The notes below the pieces were generated by a model, which was given only the letters and a program-made list of their open reading frames with translations, ran no database searches and was not told where the DNA came from. The position numbers and the translations under genes were made by a program. Shown piece after piece: positions 36,667-47,156 of a DNA stretch of 64,000 bases. This stretch comes from Thermoplasmata archaeon (GTDB lineage: Archaea > Thermoplasmatota > Thermoplasmata > Lutacidiplasmatales > UBA184): positions 91,920-155,919 of the forward strand of contig JAKASQ010000002.1 in assembly GCA_021828195.1 (NCBI GenBank). Reading direction: 5' to 3'. How positions within the stretch are numbered: position 1 is the stretch's first letter; each line of letters begins with the position of its first letter.

Positions 36667-37470
36667 TTAACGGCTTTGGCTCCCGGCGCTGTTCGACGGT
36701 CCGGCTTCGGCAAGGAACGTCGTGACGATTCCGAGCGACTGGGGGTGGGTCTCGATCCGGAAGAACCCGGCCCGGTGCATCGCCTCGACGAGCTGCGGGC
36801 GGGACGGAAGCGATCGCAACGACTCCGGCAGGTAGCGGTACGGCCCGGCGCTCCCCACGGCGGCCCCGAGCCACGGCACGAACCGATCGAAGTAGGCGTG
36901 GAAGAGCCGCCGGAAGGTCGGCGAGGTTGGCTCGGTGATCTCGAGCGTGAGGAAGACGCCTCCCGGCCGCAGGACCCGACGCGCCTCCCGGAGCGCGAGT
37001 CCTAGGTCCGCGAAATTCCGCATCACGAAGGCGTTCGTCACCAGATCGAACGCCGCGTCCGCGAACGGGAGCTGCAAACCGGTCCCTTGCCCAAATGCGA
37101 CGCGCGGGAGCTCCCGGGCCGCGCCGTGCCGGACGGTCGCCTTCTTCAGCATCGCGCGCGTAAAATCGAGCCCCACGACCGCGGATCGGGGGAAGTGCCG
37201 CGCCACGAGCACGGCGAGATCCCCGGTCCCGCATCCCAGGTCGAGGACCCGGCGGACGGGCCCGGGAGCCCGGAAGCGATCGAGGTCCCAGAGGGCACGG
37301 GGGCGCCAGACGAAGTCGTTGCCCACCGAGGCGATGTGATCGAACCCATCGTACCCTTCGGCGATGTGGGTGAACATCTGCTGGATGTCACGCTGGAACG
37401 ACGGTTGCTTGCGGTCCGGGTACGGCGAGCCGTCCTCGGCCCGGCGCCCGGTCGCTTCGGCCGCCGCCAT
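36667..37470 (-). CDS. menG: MenG/UbiE-family quinone C-methyltransferase
   Basis: MFTHIAEGYD, LDLGCGTGD, LDFTRAML, LPFADAAFD, RRVLRPGG, YRYLPES. Confidence 0.88.
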   Translation of the reverse strand: MAAAEATGRRAEDGSPYPDRKQPSFQRDIQQMFTHIAEGYDGFDHIASVGNDFVWRPRALWDLDRFRAPGPVRRVLDLGCGTGDLAVLVARHFPRSAVVGLDFTRAMLKKATVRHGAARELPRVAFGQGTGLQLPFADAAFDLVTNAFVMRNFADLGLALREARRVLRPGGVFLTLEITEPTSPTFRRLFHAYFDRFVPWLGAAVGSAGPYRYLPESLRSLPSRPQLVEAMHRAGFFRIETHPQSLGIVTTFLAEAGPSNSAGSQSR

Positions 37471-37597
37471 GCCCTCAAAGACCGTCGTATCGGCTTAACG
37501 GTGTCCCGGGGGCCCGTCCTGGAGAGCGCGACGGGCATCTCGAGCGCCTTCTGGGGTGTCGTAAGCGTTAATTAAAGCGGCCCGGCTCGGAGGAGCG

Positions 37598-37867
37598 ATG
37601 GCCGGTCCGATCGCCGACGAGGAGCCGCTGATCCATGGGCGGTCCGTCTCCGAACTCTCGCTCACCCGGCAGCTCGCCTTCTGGGGCTTCGCCGCCTTGC
37701 TCATCCTCGCCGTGGTATTCTTTGTCTGGTGGGGGCTCTCCTTTGGGGTCTGGATTGACAACGGCGTCTATGCCGTAGTCGCGACGCTCGCGGCCTTCGG
37801 CCTCGCCGGGATGTGGCTCGTGATGCCCAACCCGCCGCCTCCGGCGCTGCCTCCCCCATCGAACTAG
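37598..37867 (+). CDS. Small two-TM hypothetical membrane protein
   Basis: Two hydrophobic helices; strong TTAATTAAAG about 28 nt upstream. Confidence 0.7.
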   Translation: MAGPIADEEPLIHGRSVSELSLTRQLAFWGFAALLILAVVFFVWWGLSFGVWIDNGVYAVVATLAAFGLAGMWLVMPNPPPPALPPPSN

Positions 37868-37935
37868 ACGCCCGCCGCTCGAACGCGGGTTCGTCGCTCG
37901 CGCAAGCCATTTCCCCTCACGCGCGTGGGTCCGGC

Positions 37936-38487
37936 ATGGATCCTCCGCGAGCGTTCTGCCGGCTGCGACGCGAGGTCCCGCCCGGTGCGCGGGACGTATC
38001 GGTGGTACCGGCCGAGGGGATGTGCCTCTCCGCCTTCCTCGTGCTCTCGCCTCCGGGCGCGCCCGGCACGATCCTCCTCGGACGGATCGATCCGCGTGCG
38101 AACTGGGAGCGGCTCGGAGCCCTGGATACGGACCGCGCGGTGTCCATCCAAGCCGGATGGATGCTCCCCTCCTCGCACCTCTTGCTCTACGAATCGCCGC
38201 ATGACGCAGCGCGCCGGATCGCGAACGAGCAGCTCGCGTGTCCCGGTCTCCGCCTCGGCGCTCCGATCGTGGTCTCGGACACTTCTCCCCGATCGGACGC
38301 AGCGCCCGGCGAAATGCACTGGGACCTGGGGTTCATCTTCTCCGGCGAGTCGCCGCGGACCTCCGACGCGCCTCCGGCCCCGTGGTCGCGCCTGGAGCTG
38401 GTCGATCTCTCGAGGCTTCGCCGCTCTGATATCGTTCGGGGACAGGCCGATATTCTCGTGCACGCCGGGCGAACGGTCGACGCGTAA
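37936..38487 (+). CDS. NUDIX-like fold hypothetical protein
   Basis: WMLPSSHLLLYESPHDAARRIANEQL resembles a degenerate NUDIX box. Confidence 0.55.
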   Translation: MDPPRAFCRLRREVPPGARDVSVVPAEGMCLSAFLVLSPPGAPGTILLGRIDPRANWERLGALDTDRAVSIQAGWMLPSSHLLLYESPHDAARRIANEQLACPGLRLGAPIVVSDTSPRSDAAPGEMHWDLGFIFSGESPRTSDAPPAPWSRLELVDLSRLRRSDIVRGQADILVHAGRTVDA

Positions 38488-38520
38488 CGGATCGAACGCC
38501 CCCGTTGCCGGCCCATCGAA

Positions 38521-39948
38521 CTACAGGGGCCGAGACGCCAGCGCCCAGACGCCACTCTCGATGGAAGCGCACGCGATGCACGGACCGGGAGCGCGAGGTT
38601 CCAGAGGGAGAGGACCTTCGGGGGTCCCGAGCACCGACCCATCGATCGCCCCTTCAATCTTGCGACCGCAGGGCTCCCCACCGCACCAGCGGACCACCCG
38701 GATCTGGGTGGATCCCGCGAGTTCCGCGAGGGTATCGGCGTACGCGAAGGACGCCCGGAAGCGCTCCGTAGCCTGCTCCGTCAGCGCACGATCGTAGTCG
38801 GCGAGGCGGCGGTCGACCTCCGCCTCGACGTGCTCCAGCGGGAAGGTCGACTTGCGGCCGAGGCGGTCGGTGGCCGATACCGTTCCCTGTTCCGCCTCGC
38901 GGCGGCCGATCTCCAGGCGGAGCGGGGCGCCGCGGAGCTCCCAGAAGTAGTACTTCGCTCCGGGTCGCGCGTCGCTGGTGTCGACATGGACCCGCCGTCC
39001 GCCCTGTCGCAGTCGGGTCGCGATCCCCTGCGCCATCGCGATCGGGTCCGCGGTGCCCACGGCGGCCGGGATCGGGACGATGACGATCTGGTGGGGAGCG
39101 ATCGCGGACGGGAAGACGACCCCCTTGGCATCCCCGTGGACGGCCACGATGGCTCCGAGAAGCCGCTCCGAAAGTCCGAAGGTCGTTTGGTGGGCGAAGT
39201 GGGAGCTCCCGTCGCTCGCCTCGTACTGGATCCCGTACGGCCGGGAGAAGTTCTCCCGGTAGTGGTGGATGCTGCCGATCTGGAGCGTCCGTCCTTCCCC
39301 CACCGGGATGTCGAGGGCGATCGAGTAGAACGCTCCGGCGAACTTGTCCCACTCCGGGCGGCGAACGGGAATGTACGGCAGATCGAAGGCCCCGGCCATC
39401 TTCGCGAAGGCACCGAGATTGGAGGCGACCCGCGCCGTCGCATCGTCCTCGTTCGCCTGGCAGGTGTGCTCCTCGAAGAAGTGGATCTCGCGAACGCGCA
39501 TGAACGGCCGCGTCGTCTTCGTCTCGTAGCGGAAGGTGTTCACGATCTGGTAGACATTGAGCGGAAGGTCCCGATGCGATCGCACCCAGAGCGAGAAGAT
39601 CGGGTACATCGCGGTCTCGCTGGTCGGGCGGAGCACCAGAGGTATGTCCAGCTCGGCGAGTCCCCCCTTGGTCACCCAGTAGACCTGAGCGTTGAACCCC
39701 TGGATGTGTTCGGCTTCCTTGGCGAACTCCGTCGAAGGGATCAGCGCCGGGAACTCGACCGCGTCCGATCCCGTCGCTTCGATCTCACGGATGAGCACCG
39801 CATCGAGGCATCGTCGGGCACGGAACCCGTACGGGGTCCAGACGTTCATCCCCTTGACCGGGTAGCGCTTGTCCGTGAGCTGGGCCGCCTCGATGACCTC
39901 GAGGTACCACTCGATGAACGCGGTGCGCTTGTCCGGAAGCTCGCCCAT
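38521..39948 (-). CDS. proS: Proline--tRNA ligase (archaeal/eukaryotic type)
   Basis: EWY, YPVKG, LRPTSET, NTFRYE, RVREIHFFE, QTTFGLSERL, APHQIVIVPI. Confidence 0.95.
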   Translation of the reverse strand: MGELPDKRTAFIEWYLEVIEAAQLTDKRYPVKGMNVWTPYGFRARRCLDAVLIREIEATGSDAVEFPALIPSTEFAKEAEHIQGFNAQVYWVTKGGLAELDIPLVLRPTSETAMYPIFSLWVRSHRDLPLNVYQIVNTFRYETKTTRPFMRVREIHFFEEHTCQANEDDATARVASNLGAFAKMAGAFDLPYIPVRRPEWDKFAGAFYSIALDIPVGEGRTLQIGSIHHYRENFSRPYGIQYEASDGSSHFAHQTTFGLSERLLGAIVAVHGDAKGVVFPSAIAPHQIVIVPIPAAVGTADPIAMAQGIATRLRQGGRRVHVDTSDARPGAKYYFWELRGAPLRLEIGRREAEQGTVSATDRLGRKSTFPLEHVEAEVDRRLADYDRALTEQATERFRASFAYADTLAELAGSTQIRVVRWCGGEPCGRKIEGAIDGSVLGTPEGPLPLEPRAPGPCIACASIESGVWALASRPL

Positions 39949-40081
39949 GGGCACTTCGATGAGGGGGGCCCCTGGATTATAACCATAACCCGACCCGCGC
40001 TCCTCGCCGCTCCGCGAGGCGTGCCCGGAACCCGTTGGGCTCAAGACCCCCTACCGACTCGGTCGTGCGAGTGGGCCGTCA

Positions 40082-40624
40082 ATGGAGGGAAGCGAGGGAC
40101 GCGAGGAGCCGTGGACGGGGGGCCCCGGAGGACGGGGGCCGCCGATCGACCCGCACGCGACGGTCCTTCCCCGCCTGTTCGTCATGGTGCTGCTCACCGG
40201 GCTGTTCGCCGAGTTCGTCATCGGCGTCGACGTGTCGGTCTGGGGCCCGAACATCCCTTCCGCCGTCTCTACGCTCTTCGGACCGGGCGCGGGCTCGTAC
40301 GGGTGGCTCTCGGTGCACGCCGTTCTCGCGGTCCTGCTCGTGCTCCTCGGGATGGCCCTCGTCGCCACGGTCGGCCGTCTCCACCGTCGCCGCCTCACGT
40401 TCGGGGCGGTCGGTGGATTCTTGTCCGTCCTGCTCTCGGCCCTGTCCGGCTATGGGTACATCGCGAGCTCAGGGAACGCGCTCTACGCCGTGTTCATGGC
40501 GATCTTCTTCCTGATTGGCTGGAGCGCGTACGCGCGGTTGGCGACCCAGCTGCGGCATGCCGCCCACCGGGCGATGCGATTCGAGCGCATGAACGCCGCC
40601 GGGGCTCCTCCCTCTCCCCCCTAG
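40082..40624 (+). CDS. Hypothetical four-TM membrane protein
   Basis: Four hydrophobic segments containing a His (SVHAVL); coding-like codon usage. Confidence 0.7.
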   Translation: MEGSEGREEPWTGGPGGRGPPIDPHATVLPRLFVMVLLTGLFAEFVIGVDVSVWGPNIPSAVSTLFGPGAGSYGWLSVHAVLAVLLVLLGMALVATVGRLHRRRLTFGAVGGFLSVLLSALSGYGYIASSGNALYAVFMAIFFLIGWSAYARLATQLRHAAHRAMRFERMNAAGAPPSPP

Positions 40625-40699
40625 AGCGCCGAGGGGCGCGGAGGGGGCGCCCGGGGGCATCTAGACGGTTAAGCTCCGGGGCACCCTTGTACGAGCGCC

Positions 40700-41785
40700 A
40701 TGCGCTTGGTCGTGTGCATTGATCGCGATGACGACCTCGGCCGCAAGGCTGGCGTCGGCGGACCGATCGTCGGACGCACCGCCGTGATCGACGCCGCGAC
40801 GCGACTTGGGATCGCGGACCCCGAGGACAGCGACACGAACGCGATGTTCGCGGCGGTACGCATCCTCGACGAGATCGCGAAACTGGGGGAAGAGGGAGAG
40901 GTCTGCGTGCTGACCGGATCCCCCAAGGTCGGCCTCCTGTCCGACACCCGGGTCGCCGAACAGTTCGATCAGGTCCTCGAACGTGTGCACGCTACCTCCG
41001 CCCACCTCGTCAGTGACGGAGCCGAGGACGAGCACCTCTTCCCGATCCTGGCCTCGCGCCTGCGCATCGACGGAGTGCACAAGGTCTACATCCGCCAGAA
41101 CGCAAGCATCGAGTCGACGTACTACACAATCGTTCGCGCGATGAAGGACCCGAAGCTGCGCGCGAAGACGATCCTCCCCGTCGCGCTCGTCCTCCTCGTC
41201 CTCGGCATCGCCGCGGCCGGTGGCGTGCTGGTCTGGGGAGTGGTCGGAATCGCGATCCTCCTCGGGGTCTATCTCATCTTCTGGACGTTCGACATCGACG
41301 AGGCGATCATCGACTCCGTGCGCTCGGCGTCTCGGGACGTGCGTACGGGCTCGGTCGCCTTCGGGTTCGGGCTGCTCTCGGTGCTCCTCGTCGGCGTCGG
41401 CTTCCTCGCGGGGTACAATGCCTACACCAACAATCCCCACGGGGCGCTCGATGCCTTGCTCTCCTTCTTCCAAGGCGCGATGATCTGGTGGGTCCTCGGC
41501 GGCCTCGTCTGGGAGTGCGGCCGGGCGCTGCGACGCTACCTCTCCCTCGGACGGTTCCCCCGCTCGTTCGTGGTGGCGACGACCTCGATCATCGGGATCG
41601 GGTTCATGAGCTACGGGGTGATCTATCTCGTACAGTACCTGGAGAACCTGCGCACCCCGGCGGGCCTGCCCCTGACGATCGCCTTCGTCCTCTTGGGCCT
41701 CGGCCTCGTGATCGCCGCGGGGATGCTCCAGCAGCACTTCAAATCGGTCCTGAACCGCGGTTCTTCCGAACCGGCCTCCGGGTGA
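40700..41785 (+). CDS. DUF373 family archaeal membrane protein
   Basis: VCIDRDDDLGRKAG, DPEDSDTNA, VSDGAEDE, RQNASIESTYY. Confidence 0.88.
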   Translation: MRLVVCIDRDDDLGRKAGVGGPIVGRTAVIDAATRLGIADPEDSDTNAMFAAVRILDEIAKLGEEGEVCVLTGSPKVGLLSDTRVAEQFDQVLERVHATSAHLVSDGAEDEHLFPILASRLRIDGVHKVYIRQNASIESTYYTIVRAMKDPKLRAKTILPVALVLLVLGIAAAGGVLVWGVVGIAILLGVYLIFWTFDIDEAIIDSVRSASRDVRTGSVAFGFGLLSVLLVGVGFLAGYNAYTNNPHGALDALLSFFQGAMIWWVLGGLVWECGRALRRYLSLGRFPRSFVVATTSIIGIGFMSYGVIYLVQYLENLRTPAGLPLTIAFVLLGLGLVIAAGMLQQHFKSVLNRGSSEPASG

Positions 41786-41801
41786 GGCTCGGGGCGGGGC
41801 G

Positions 41802-42416
41802 CTATTCCCAGCCCTGCAAGCGGGCGACGTGCTCCAGGTGCTCCGCGGGGATCGAGATCCCGCACCGCTCGCGCAGGACCTTTCCGATCTCCTCGAGGCT
41901 CGGGTTGATTTCCCGCGCCCGGGTCCCGAGCGTGCCGAGGTCCTCCCAGTAGTTCCATGGGAAGACGATCCACACCCAGGACTCTTTCGGGATCTCCTCC
42001 GCGAAGTACGTGGGCTTGTGCCGGGCGTGTGAGATGTGGAGGAACGTCGCCGACTCCGCGCGCTGGGGCCGCTGGGCGTGTACGGCCTCGAGCGCGAGGG
42101 CCAGGCTCTCTCCCGTGTCGGTGATGTCGTCTGCAATCAGCACGTTCCCCCCCGCGACCGAGCCGCTCAGTCCCTCCGTGAGCTCGGCCCTACCCTGGGG
42201 GGTCGCCGTGACGCCCCAGTGTTGCGCGCGGAGCGAGACGAGCCGCTTGACGGAGAGCCGATCGGCGAGCACCCTCGCGGGAACCCAGCCGCCCCGGGTC
42301 AGGCCGACGATCGTGTCGGGGATCCGATCGACGGCCCGGATCTGCGCGGCGACTTCATCCGCCCACCGGTCGACCTCGACCCAGGTCGCGACGCGGCAGC
42401 GGGGGAAGTCCACCAT
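41802..42416 (-). CDS. Purine phosphoribosyltransferase (type I PRTase)
   Basis: GLTRGGWVPAR, PRPP loop LIADDITDTGESL, WIVFPW. Confidence 0.9.
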   Translation of the reverse strand: MVDFPRCRVATWVEVDRWADEVAAQIRAVDRIPDTIVGLTRGGWVPARVLADRLSVKRLVSLRAQHWGVTATPQGRAELTEGLSGSVAGGNVLIADDITDTGESLALALEAVHAQRPQRAESATFLHISHARHKPTYFAEEIPKESWVWIVFPWNYWEDLGTLGTRAREINPSLEEIGKVLRERCGISIPAEHLEHVARLQGWE

Positions 42417-42426
42417 CGATTCCGGC

Positions 42427-43689
42427 CTACGGGTAGAAGCCGCGAATGTTGATGGCGTCCACGACCCGCTGGATCGCGAGCACGTAGGCGGCCGTCCGGT
42501 TGTGGATCGAGTACTGCTGGGCGATCTTGTGGGTGTCCGCGTAGGACTTTACCATCACCCGCTCGAGGCGCTGGTTGACCTCGTCGAGCGTCCAGAAGAA
42601 CCCCTGCAGGTCCTGTGCCCACTCGAAGTAGCTGACCGTGACGCCTCCCGCGTTCGCGAGGATGTCGGGCAGCACGGTGATCTTCTTTTGGAAGAGGATC
42701 TCGTCGGCCTCGGGAAGCGTCGGGCCGTTCGCGGCCTCCGCAACGATCTTCGCCTGGATCTTATCGGCGTTCTTCTTGGTGATCTGGTTCTCCAGCGCCG
42801 CCGGGATCAGGATGTCCACCGGAAGTTCGAGGAGCTCCTCGTTCGAGACCGACTTCGCGCCCGGGAATCCGACCACCGAGCCGGTCTTCGCCTTGTGCGC
42901 CTCGACCGCGTGCGGATTGAAGCCATCGGGCTTGTAGATGCCACCCTTCGTGTCGGAAGCGGCGACGATCTTCGCTCCCTGCTCGTCGTGCAGGAGGTTC
43001 ACCGCGACCGATCCGGCGTTGCCGAATCCTTGGACCGCCACGGAACCGCCCTTCACGCGGACACCGACGGTCTGGGCCGCCTCGCGGATGACGTAGGCGC
43101 AGCCGCGCCCCGTCGCTTCGCCCCGGCCCTCGCTGCCGCCGATGCTGATCGGCTTGCCCGTAACGACGCCCGGGACGGAGTATCCCTTCTGCATCGAGTA
43201 CGTATCCATGATCCAGGCCATCGTTTGGCTGTCGGTGTATACGTCCGGCGCAGGGATGTCGATCTCCGGACCGATGATCGGAGAGATCTCGGTCGTGAAG
43301 CGGCGGGTGAGGCGTTCGAGCTCTCCCTTGCTCATGTGCTTTGGATCGCAGATGATGCCACCCTTCGCTCCGCCGTACGGGATGTTGACGACGGCGCACT
43401 TCCAGGTCATCCACGCGGCGAGCGCGCGGACCTCGTCCAGCGTAACTTGAGGGTGATAGCGAATGCCTCCCTTCGTCGGGCCCCGGGCCATGCTGTACTG
43501 GACGCGATAGCCGGTGAACACGTGATAGTCGCCCTTGTCCAGGCGGACGGGGAAGTTGACCGTGAGCTCGCGTTTGGGGCTCTTGAGCACCTCGCGAACG
43601 CCGCCCTCCAGATGGAGGAGATCGGCCACGATATCGACCTGGCGCTTTGCCGTCTCGAACGGGTTGACCGTGGTGCTGTCGCTCGCCAT
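42427..43689 (-). CDS. gdhA: Glu/Leu/Phe/Val (glutamate) dehydrogenase
   Basis: GPTKGGIRY, MTWK, PYGGAKGG, DIPAPD, VTGKP, ATGRG, QGFGNAG, EAANGP, ANAGGVTVSYFEW. Confidence 0.95.
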   Translation of the reverse strand: MASDSTTVNPFETAKRQVDIVADLLHLEGGVREVLKSPKRELTVNFPVRLDKGDYHVFTGYRVQYSMARGPTKGGIRYHPQVTLDEVRALAAWMTWKCAVVNIPYGGAKGGIICDPKHMSKGELERLTRRFTTEISPIIGPEIDIPAPDVYTDSQTMAWIMDTYSMQKGYSVPGVVTGKPISIGGSEGRGEATGRGCAYVIREAAQTVGVRVKGGSVAVQGFGNAGSVAVNLLHDEQGAKIVAASDTKGGIYKPDGFNPHAVEAHKAKTGSVVGFPGAKSVSNEELLELPVDILIPAALENQITKKNADKIQAKIVAEAANGPTLPEADEILFQKKITVLPDILANAGGVTVSYFEWAQDLQGFFWTLDEVNQRLERVMVKSYADTHKIAQQYSIHNRTAAYVLAIQRVVDAINIRGFYP

Positions 43690-43738
43690 ATTCATTCCCT
43701 CAACGGGTGCGCGGCGAGTCGGGGGGCGGTACTTGAGC

Positions 43739-44767
43739 CTAACGGCCTTGCGAAGGTGCCGCACGGTCTCGGCGTCGCCTCGGCGTGCGTTGGAACGGTC
43801 TCCAACCGGCGGTCGGGAGCGGGCGAAGCCCGGAGGGCGCGGAGAGGTAGGCTCCCGTTCCGCGCTCCGCTCGTCCCACGACACGCAGCCGACCTCCCGT
43901 CGCTCCGACCGCGCGGACCGCCCGGCGCAGGGCCGAGTTCGGCACCGCCGCCAGCAGTTCGTAATCTCCCCCGAAGAACCCCGCCTCCTCGCGCGCCGCC
44001 TGCGGCAACGCGGCGATGGAGCGGTCCCACGGGATGCGGTCCGGGTCGAGGACGAGCCGGACGTTGCTCGCCCGGGCCATGAGGTGGGCCGAGTCCGCGA
44101 TGCCATCGGAGGTGTCGATCATGGCGTGGACCAGCGGGGCGAGCGCGATCCCTTCCCGTACGCGCGGGCGCACGTCGAGGAGCGCGAGCATATCGCCCCG
44201 ACCTCGAGCTCCTCGATGGGTCCTCCACCGGCGCCAGGCCGAGCCCCCTCGGCCGACCGATCCGGTCGTGACGAGGAGGTCGCCCGGCCGGGCCCCACTC
44301 CGGGGGGCCAATGACCCCGCCTTCCCCCATCCCACTACGGTGCTGACTACCGCGCGCACCGGGGAGGGCTTCGTGTCTCCTCCCACCACGTGCGCGCCAA
44401 GGCGCGCTCCGGTAGCTTCGGCGCCGCGAAGCACGGACTCGGCCCAGCGCCGGGGCGTCCCCGGCGGAAGGAGGAGCGCGATGAGGATCCCCGCAGGGCG
44501 GGCTCCCTTCGAAGCCGCATCGGACAGGCTCACCCCAGCGGCAGCGGCACCGATCGCCCGCGGGGGCGATCCCGCCGCAAAGTGGGTCCCCTCGATTAGC
44601 GCGTCGATTGTGAGTACGGCGACCGAGCCCCGCGGCGGTCTCAGCGCCGCGGCATCGTCTCCGACCGGGAGCGCGCCGGTACGCCCCGCGGGAAGATGCG
44701 AGGCGACCCATCGGTGGAACGCGCGTTCATCGATCGGAGCCGCAGAGGCCTTCCCACGGCGATTCAT
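43739..44767 (-). CDS. thiL: Thiamine-monophosphate kinase
   Basis: VGDDAA, IDALIEGTHF, SLSDAASKGA, VGGDT, IDTSDG, GGDYELL. Confidence 0.9.
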   Translation of the reverse strand: MNRRGKASAAPIDERAFHRWVASHLPAGRTGALPVGDDAAALRPPRGSVAVLTIDALIEGTHFAAGSPPRAIGAAAAGVSLSDAASKGARPAGILIALLLPPGTPRRWAESVLRGAEATGARLGAHVVGGDTKPSPVRAVVSTVVGWGKAGSLAPRSGARPGDLLVTTGSVGRGGSAWRRWRTHRGARGRGDMLALLDVRPRVREGIALAPLVHAMIDTSDGIADSAHLMARASNVRLVLDPDRIPWDRSIAALPQAAREEAGFFGGDYELLAAVPNSALRRAVRAVGATGGRLRVVGRAERGTGAYLSAPSGLRPLPTAGWRPFQRTPRRRRDRAAPSQGR

Positions 44768-44774
44768 CGACGGA

Positions 44775-45965
44775 TCACTTGTAAGGAAGGAAGTCGCGGC
44801 CGAGGAGTTCTCGACCGAGGATGATCCGCATGATGTTGAGCCCTCCCTCCGCTCCGACCATATACGACATGATCCCGCGCAGGCCCAGCTCGAGCCCTAC
44901 GTCCTTCGTGTAGCCCGAGGCCCCGTGCCACATCATCACCCGCTTTACGCACTCGAAGGCGACCTGAGGCGCCGTAAGCTTCACGCTCGCCACCGCGCGA
45001 TCGACCTCGGACCGGTGTGAGGAATCCCCCCGGAGCGTGTACCGATCGAGCAACCATGCTGCGCGGCGGCACTGCCACTTGACCGCCTCGACCTGCGTGT
45101 AGAGGTCCACCAGCTCGAACTGGGGACCTTCGAACTTGCCGAGCGGCTGACCGAAGACCTGCCGCTCGCGCAGGTACTTCATTCCCTCCTCGAGAGCTCG
45201 TTCGGCCGCCCCGACGCAGGCCGCGCTCACGAACGTCCTCGCGACCGAGAATCCCTCCATCGCGTAATCGAATCCGCGACCCTCCTGGCCGATCAGGTAC
45301 GCCTCGGGCACCCGGACGTCGCGGTACGTAATCGCGCCGGTGGAGATCCCCATCCGGCCCATGTTCTCGAACTTCTGGGTCGTGGCGCCCTCGGAGCGGG
45401 TGGGCACGTAGATGAAATTGAATCCCTTCCCGGGAGCCTTCGTCAGGGTGAGGTGGCCCCCGCCGAGCCGCCTCGCCTCTTCCACGCCAGAGAGGAATGC
45501 CTTCTCGCCGCGAATCACGAAGGACGTGCCATCCCGTCGTGATTCGGTGCGCATGGCGTGGAGATCGCTTCCCCCCGTCGGCTCGGTTGTGGCGATGCCG
45601 AGGAACGCCTTCCCCGCACACACAGCAGGCAGCACCTCGCGCTTCGCCGCGTCCGCTCCGTGCTGGCCAAGGATGTACCCCCAGCCGGCTTCGAGCAGGA
45701 AGAACACGGCGGTCGCCATGGAGAAGTCGCCGCGGCCGATCTCCTCCGAGGCCAGTTCCGTCAGGATCGCCGACGCGCCCATTCCGCCGTAGTCGGTCGA
45801 CACGGGCATCGCGAGCAGTCCGAGGTGGGCCATCTCGCGCAGGACCTCGTCCGGGATCCGACCCTCCCGGTCGATCCGCTTCTCGTTCGGCCGGAGCACC
45901 CGGTCCCCGAACGTACGGACCGCCGCCTGGAACGCCCGCTCTTCGTCGCTGAGTTCGAAGTCCAT
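44775..45965 (-). CDS. Acyl-CoA dehydrogenase
   Basis: MDFELSDEE, IATTEPTGGSD, GEKAFLS, RQVFGQPL, HGASGY, EGGLNIMR. Confidence 0.92.
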   Translation of the reverse strand: MDFELSDEERAFQAAVRTFGDRVLRPNEKRIDREGRIPDEVLREMAHLGLLAMPVSTDYGGMGASAILTELASEEIGRGDFSMATAVFFLLEAGWGYILGQHGADAAKREVLPAVCAGKAFLGIATTEPTGGSDLHAMRTESRRDGTSFVIRGEKAFLSGVEEARRLGGGHLTLTKAPGKGFNFIYVPTRSEGATTQKFENMGRMGISTGAITYRDVRVPEAYLIGQEGRGFDYAMEGFSVARTFVSAACVGAAERALEEGMKYLRERQVFGQPLGKFEGPQFELVDLYTQVEAVKWQCRRAAWLLDRYTLRGDSSHRSEVDRAVASVKLTAPQVAFECVKRVMMWHGASGYTKDVGLELGLRGIMSYMVGAEGGLNIMRIILGRELLGRDFLPYK

Positions 45966-46076
45966 GTCGGTCAGGACCGGGGACGCGACCCGCGCTAAAA
46001 GCATTCGTGCGGGAGGGTCGGCCTCGGGCAACTCCTTTATCCCGGTGTCCGCTCGCTTGGGCGGGCAAGCTTCTCC

Positions 46077-47099
46077 ATGCGGGTTCGGGTCGGGATCAAC
46101 GGATTCGGAACGATCGGTAAACGGGTCGCCGACGCCGTCGCGAAGCAGCCGGACATGGAGCTCGTCGGGGTCACGAAGACCCACCCGAGCTACGAGGCCC
46201 AACGCGCGGTCACGAAGGGATACCCGTTGTTCATCGCCGGAGACGGGGAGCGCGCCGCGTTCGAGCATGCCGGCATCCCTGTCGCCGGGATGCTTTCGGA
46301 CCTACTGAGCCGCGTCGATGTTATCGTGGACGCGGCGCCGGAGAAGATCGGTCGACAGAATGCGTCGCTCTACCGCGATGCGAAGGTCCGTGCGATCTTC
46401 CAAGGAGGGGAGAAAGCCGATGTCGCGGAGATCTCCTTCAGCGCGCTGGCCAACTTCGAGGCCGCCCGGGGAAAGCGTACGGTCCGGGTCGTCTCGTGCA
46501 ACACGACCGGGCTCGCACGGGCGGCCGCGGTCCTCGAACCTCACTATGGAGTGGAGGACTGGCAGGCCACGCTCGTGCGCCGTGCCGCCGATCCCCCGGA
46601 GTCTGGACGGGGCCCGATCAACGGAATCCTGCCGAACTTCCACCTCCCGTCGCATCACGGACCGGATGTCCGGACCATCTTTCCGAACCTGCCGATCACG
46701 ACGACGGCCGTGATCGTTCCAACCACTCTGATGCACGTGCACGTCAACCGGGTGCGGCTGCGCAGACCCCCCGCGGACGCGGCCGAACTGGTGGAAGCGT
46801 TCCACCGCACCCCCCGGTTCCTCATCTTCAGAGAGTGGGAGCGGATCGACGGCACGCCCCAGGTCATGGAGTTCGGGCGAGATCGGGGGCTCGGGCACAA
46901 CGACGTGATGGAGAACGTCCTCTGGGAGAACGGGATCGCTGTGAACGGTCCGACCGTCGAGTTCTTCCAAGCGATTCACCAAGAATCGATCGTCGTCCCG
47001 GAGAGCATCGACGCCATCCGGGCGATGTTCGATCTCGCCCGGGACGGTCCGACGTCGATCGCCACCACCGACCGGGCGCTCGGACTACCGGCGCCGTGA
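46077..47099 (+). CDS. gap: Archaeal (type II) glyceraldehyde-3-phosphate dehydrogenase, phosphorylating
   Basis: INGFGTIGKRVADAV, QGGEK, VVSCNTTGL, PSHHGPDV, IHQESIVVPE. Confidence 0.95.
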   Translation: MRVRVGINGFGTIGKRVADAVAKQPDMELVGVTKTHPSYEAQRAVTKGYPLFIAGDGERAAFEHAGIPVAGMLSDLLSRVDVIVDAAPEKIGRQNASLYRDAKVRAIFQGGEKADVAEISFSALANFEAARGKRTVRVVSCNTTGLARAAAVLEPHYGVEDWQATLVRRAADPPESGRGPINGILPNFHLPSHHGPDVRTIFPNLPITTTAVIVPTTLMHVHVNRVRLRRPPADAAELVEAFHRTPRFLIFREWERIDGTPQVMEFGRDRGLGHNDVMENVLWENGIAVNGPTVEFFQAIHQESIVVPESIDAIRAMFDLARDGPTSIATTDRALGLPAP

Positions 47100-47156
47100 C
47101 CGCGTTCGGCTGCAGTGAGTAACCATCTTATATCGTCCCCGAGTCAGTTTTCCCGA

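Noticed and set aside
38830-44082. Long alternative ORFs (38830..40722, 42010..44082 and similar ones such as 30388..32223, 32384..34249, 26341..27627)
   Set aside because: They are Arg/Pro/Gly-rich off-frame or antisense ORFs expected at high GC, overlapping well-supported genes, with no motifs.
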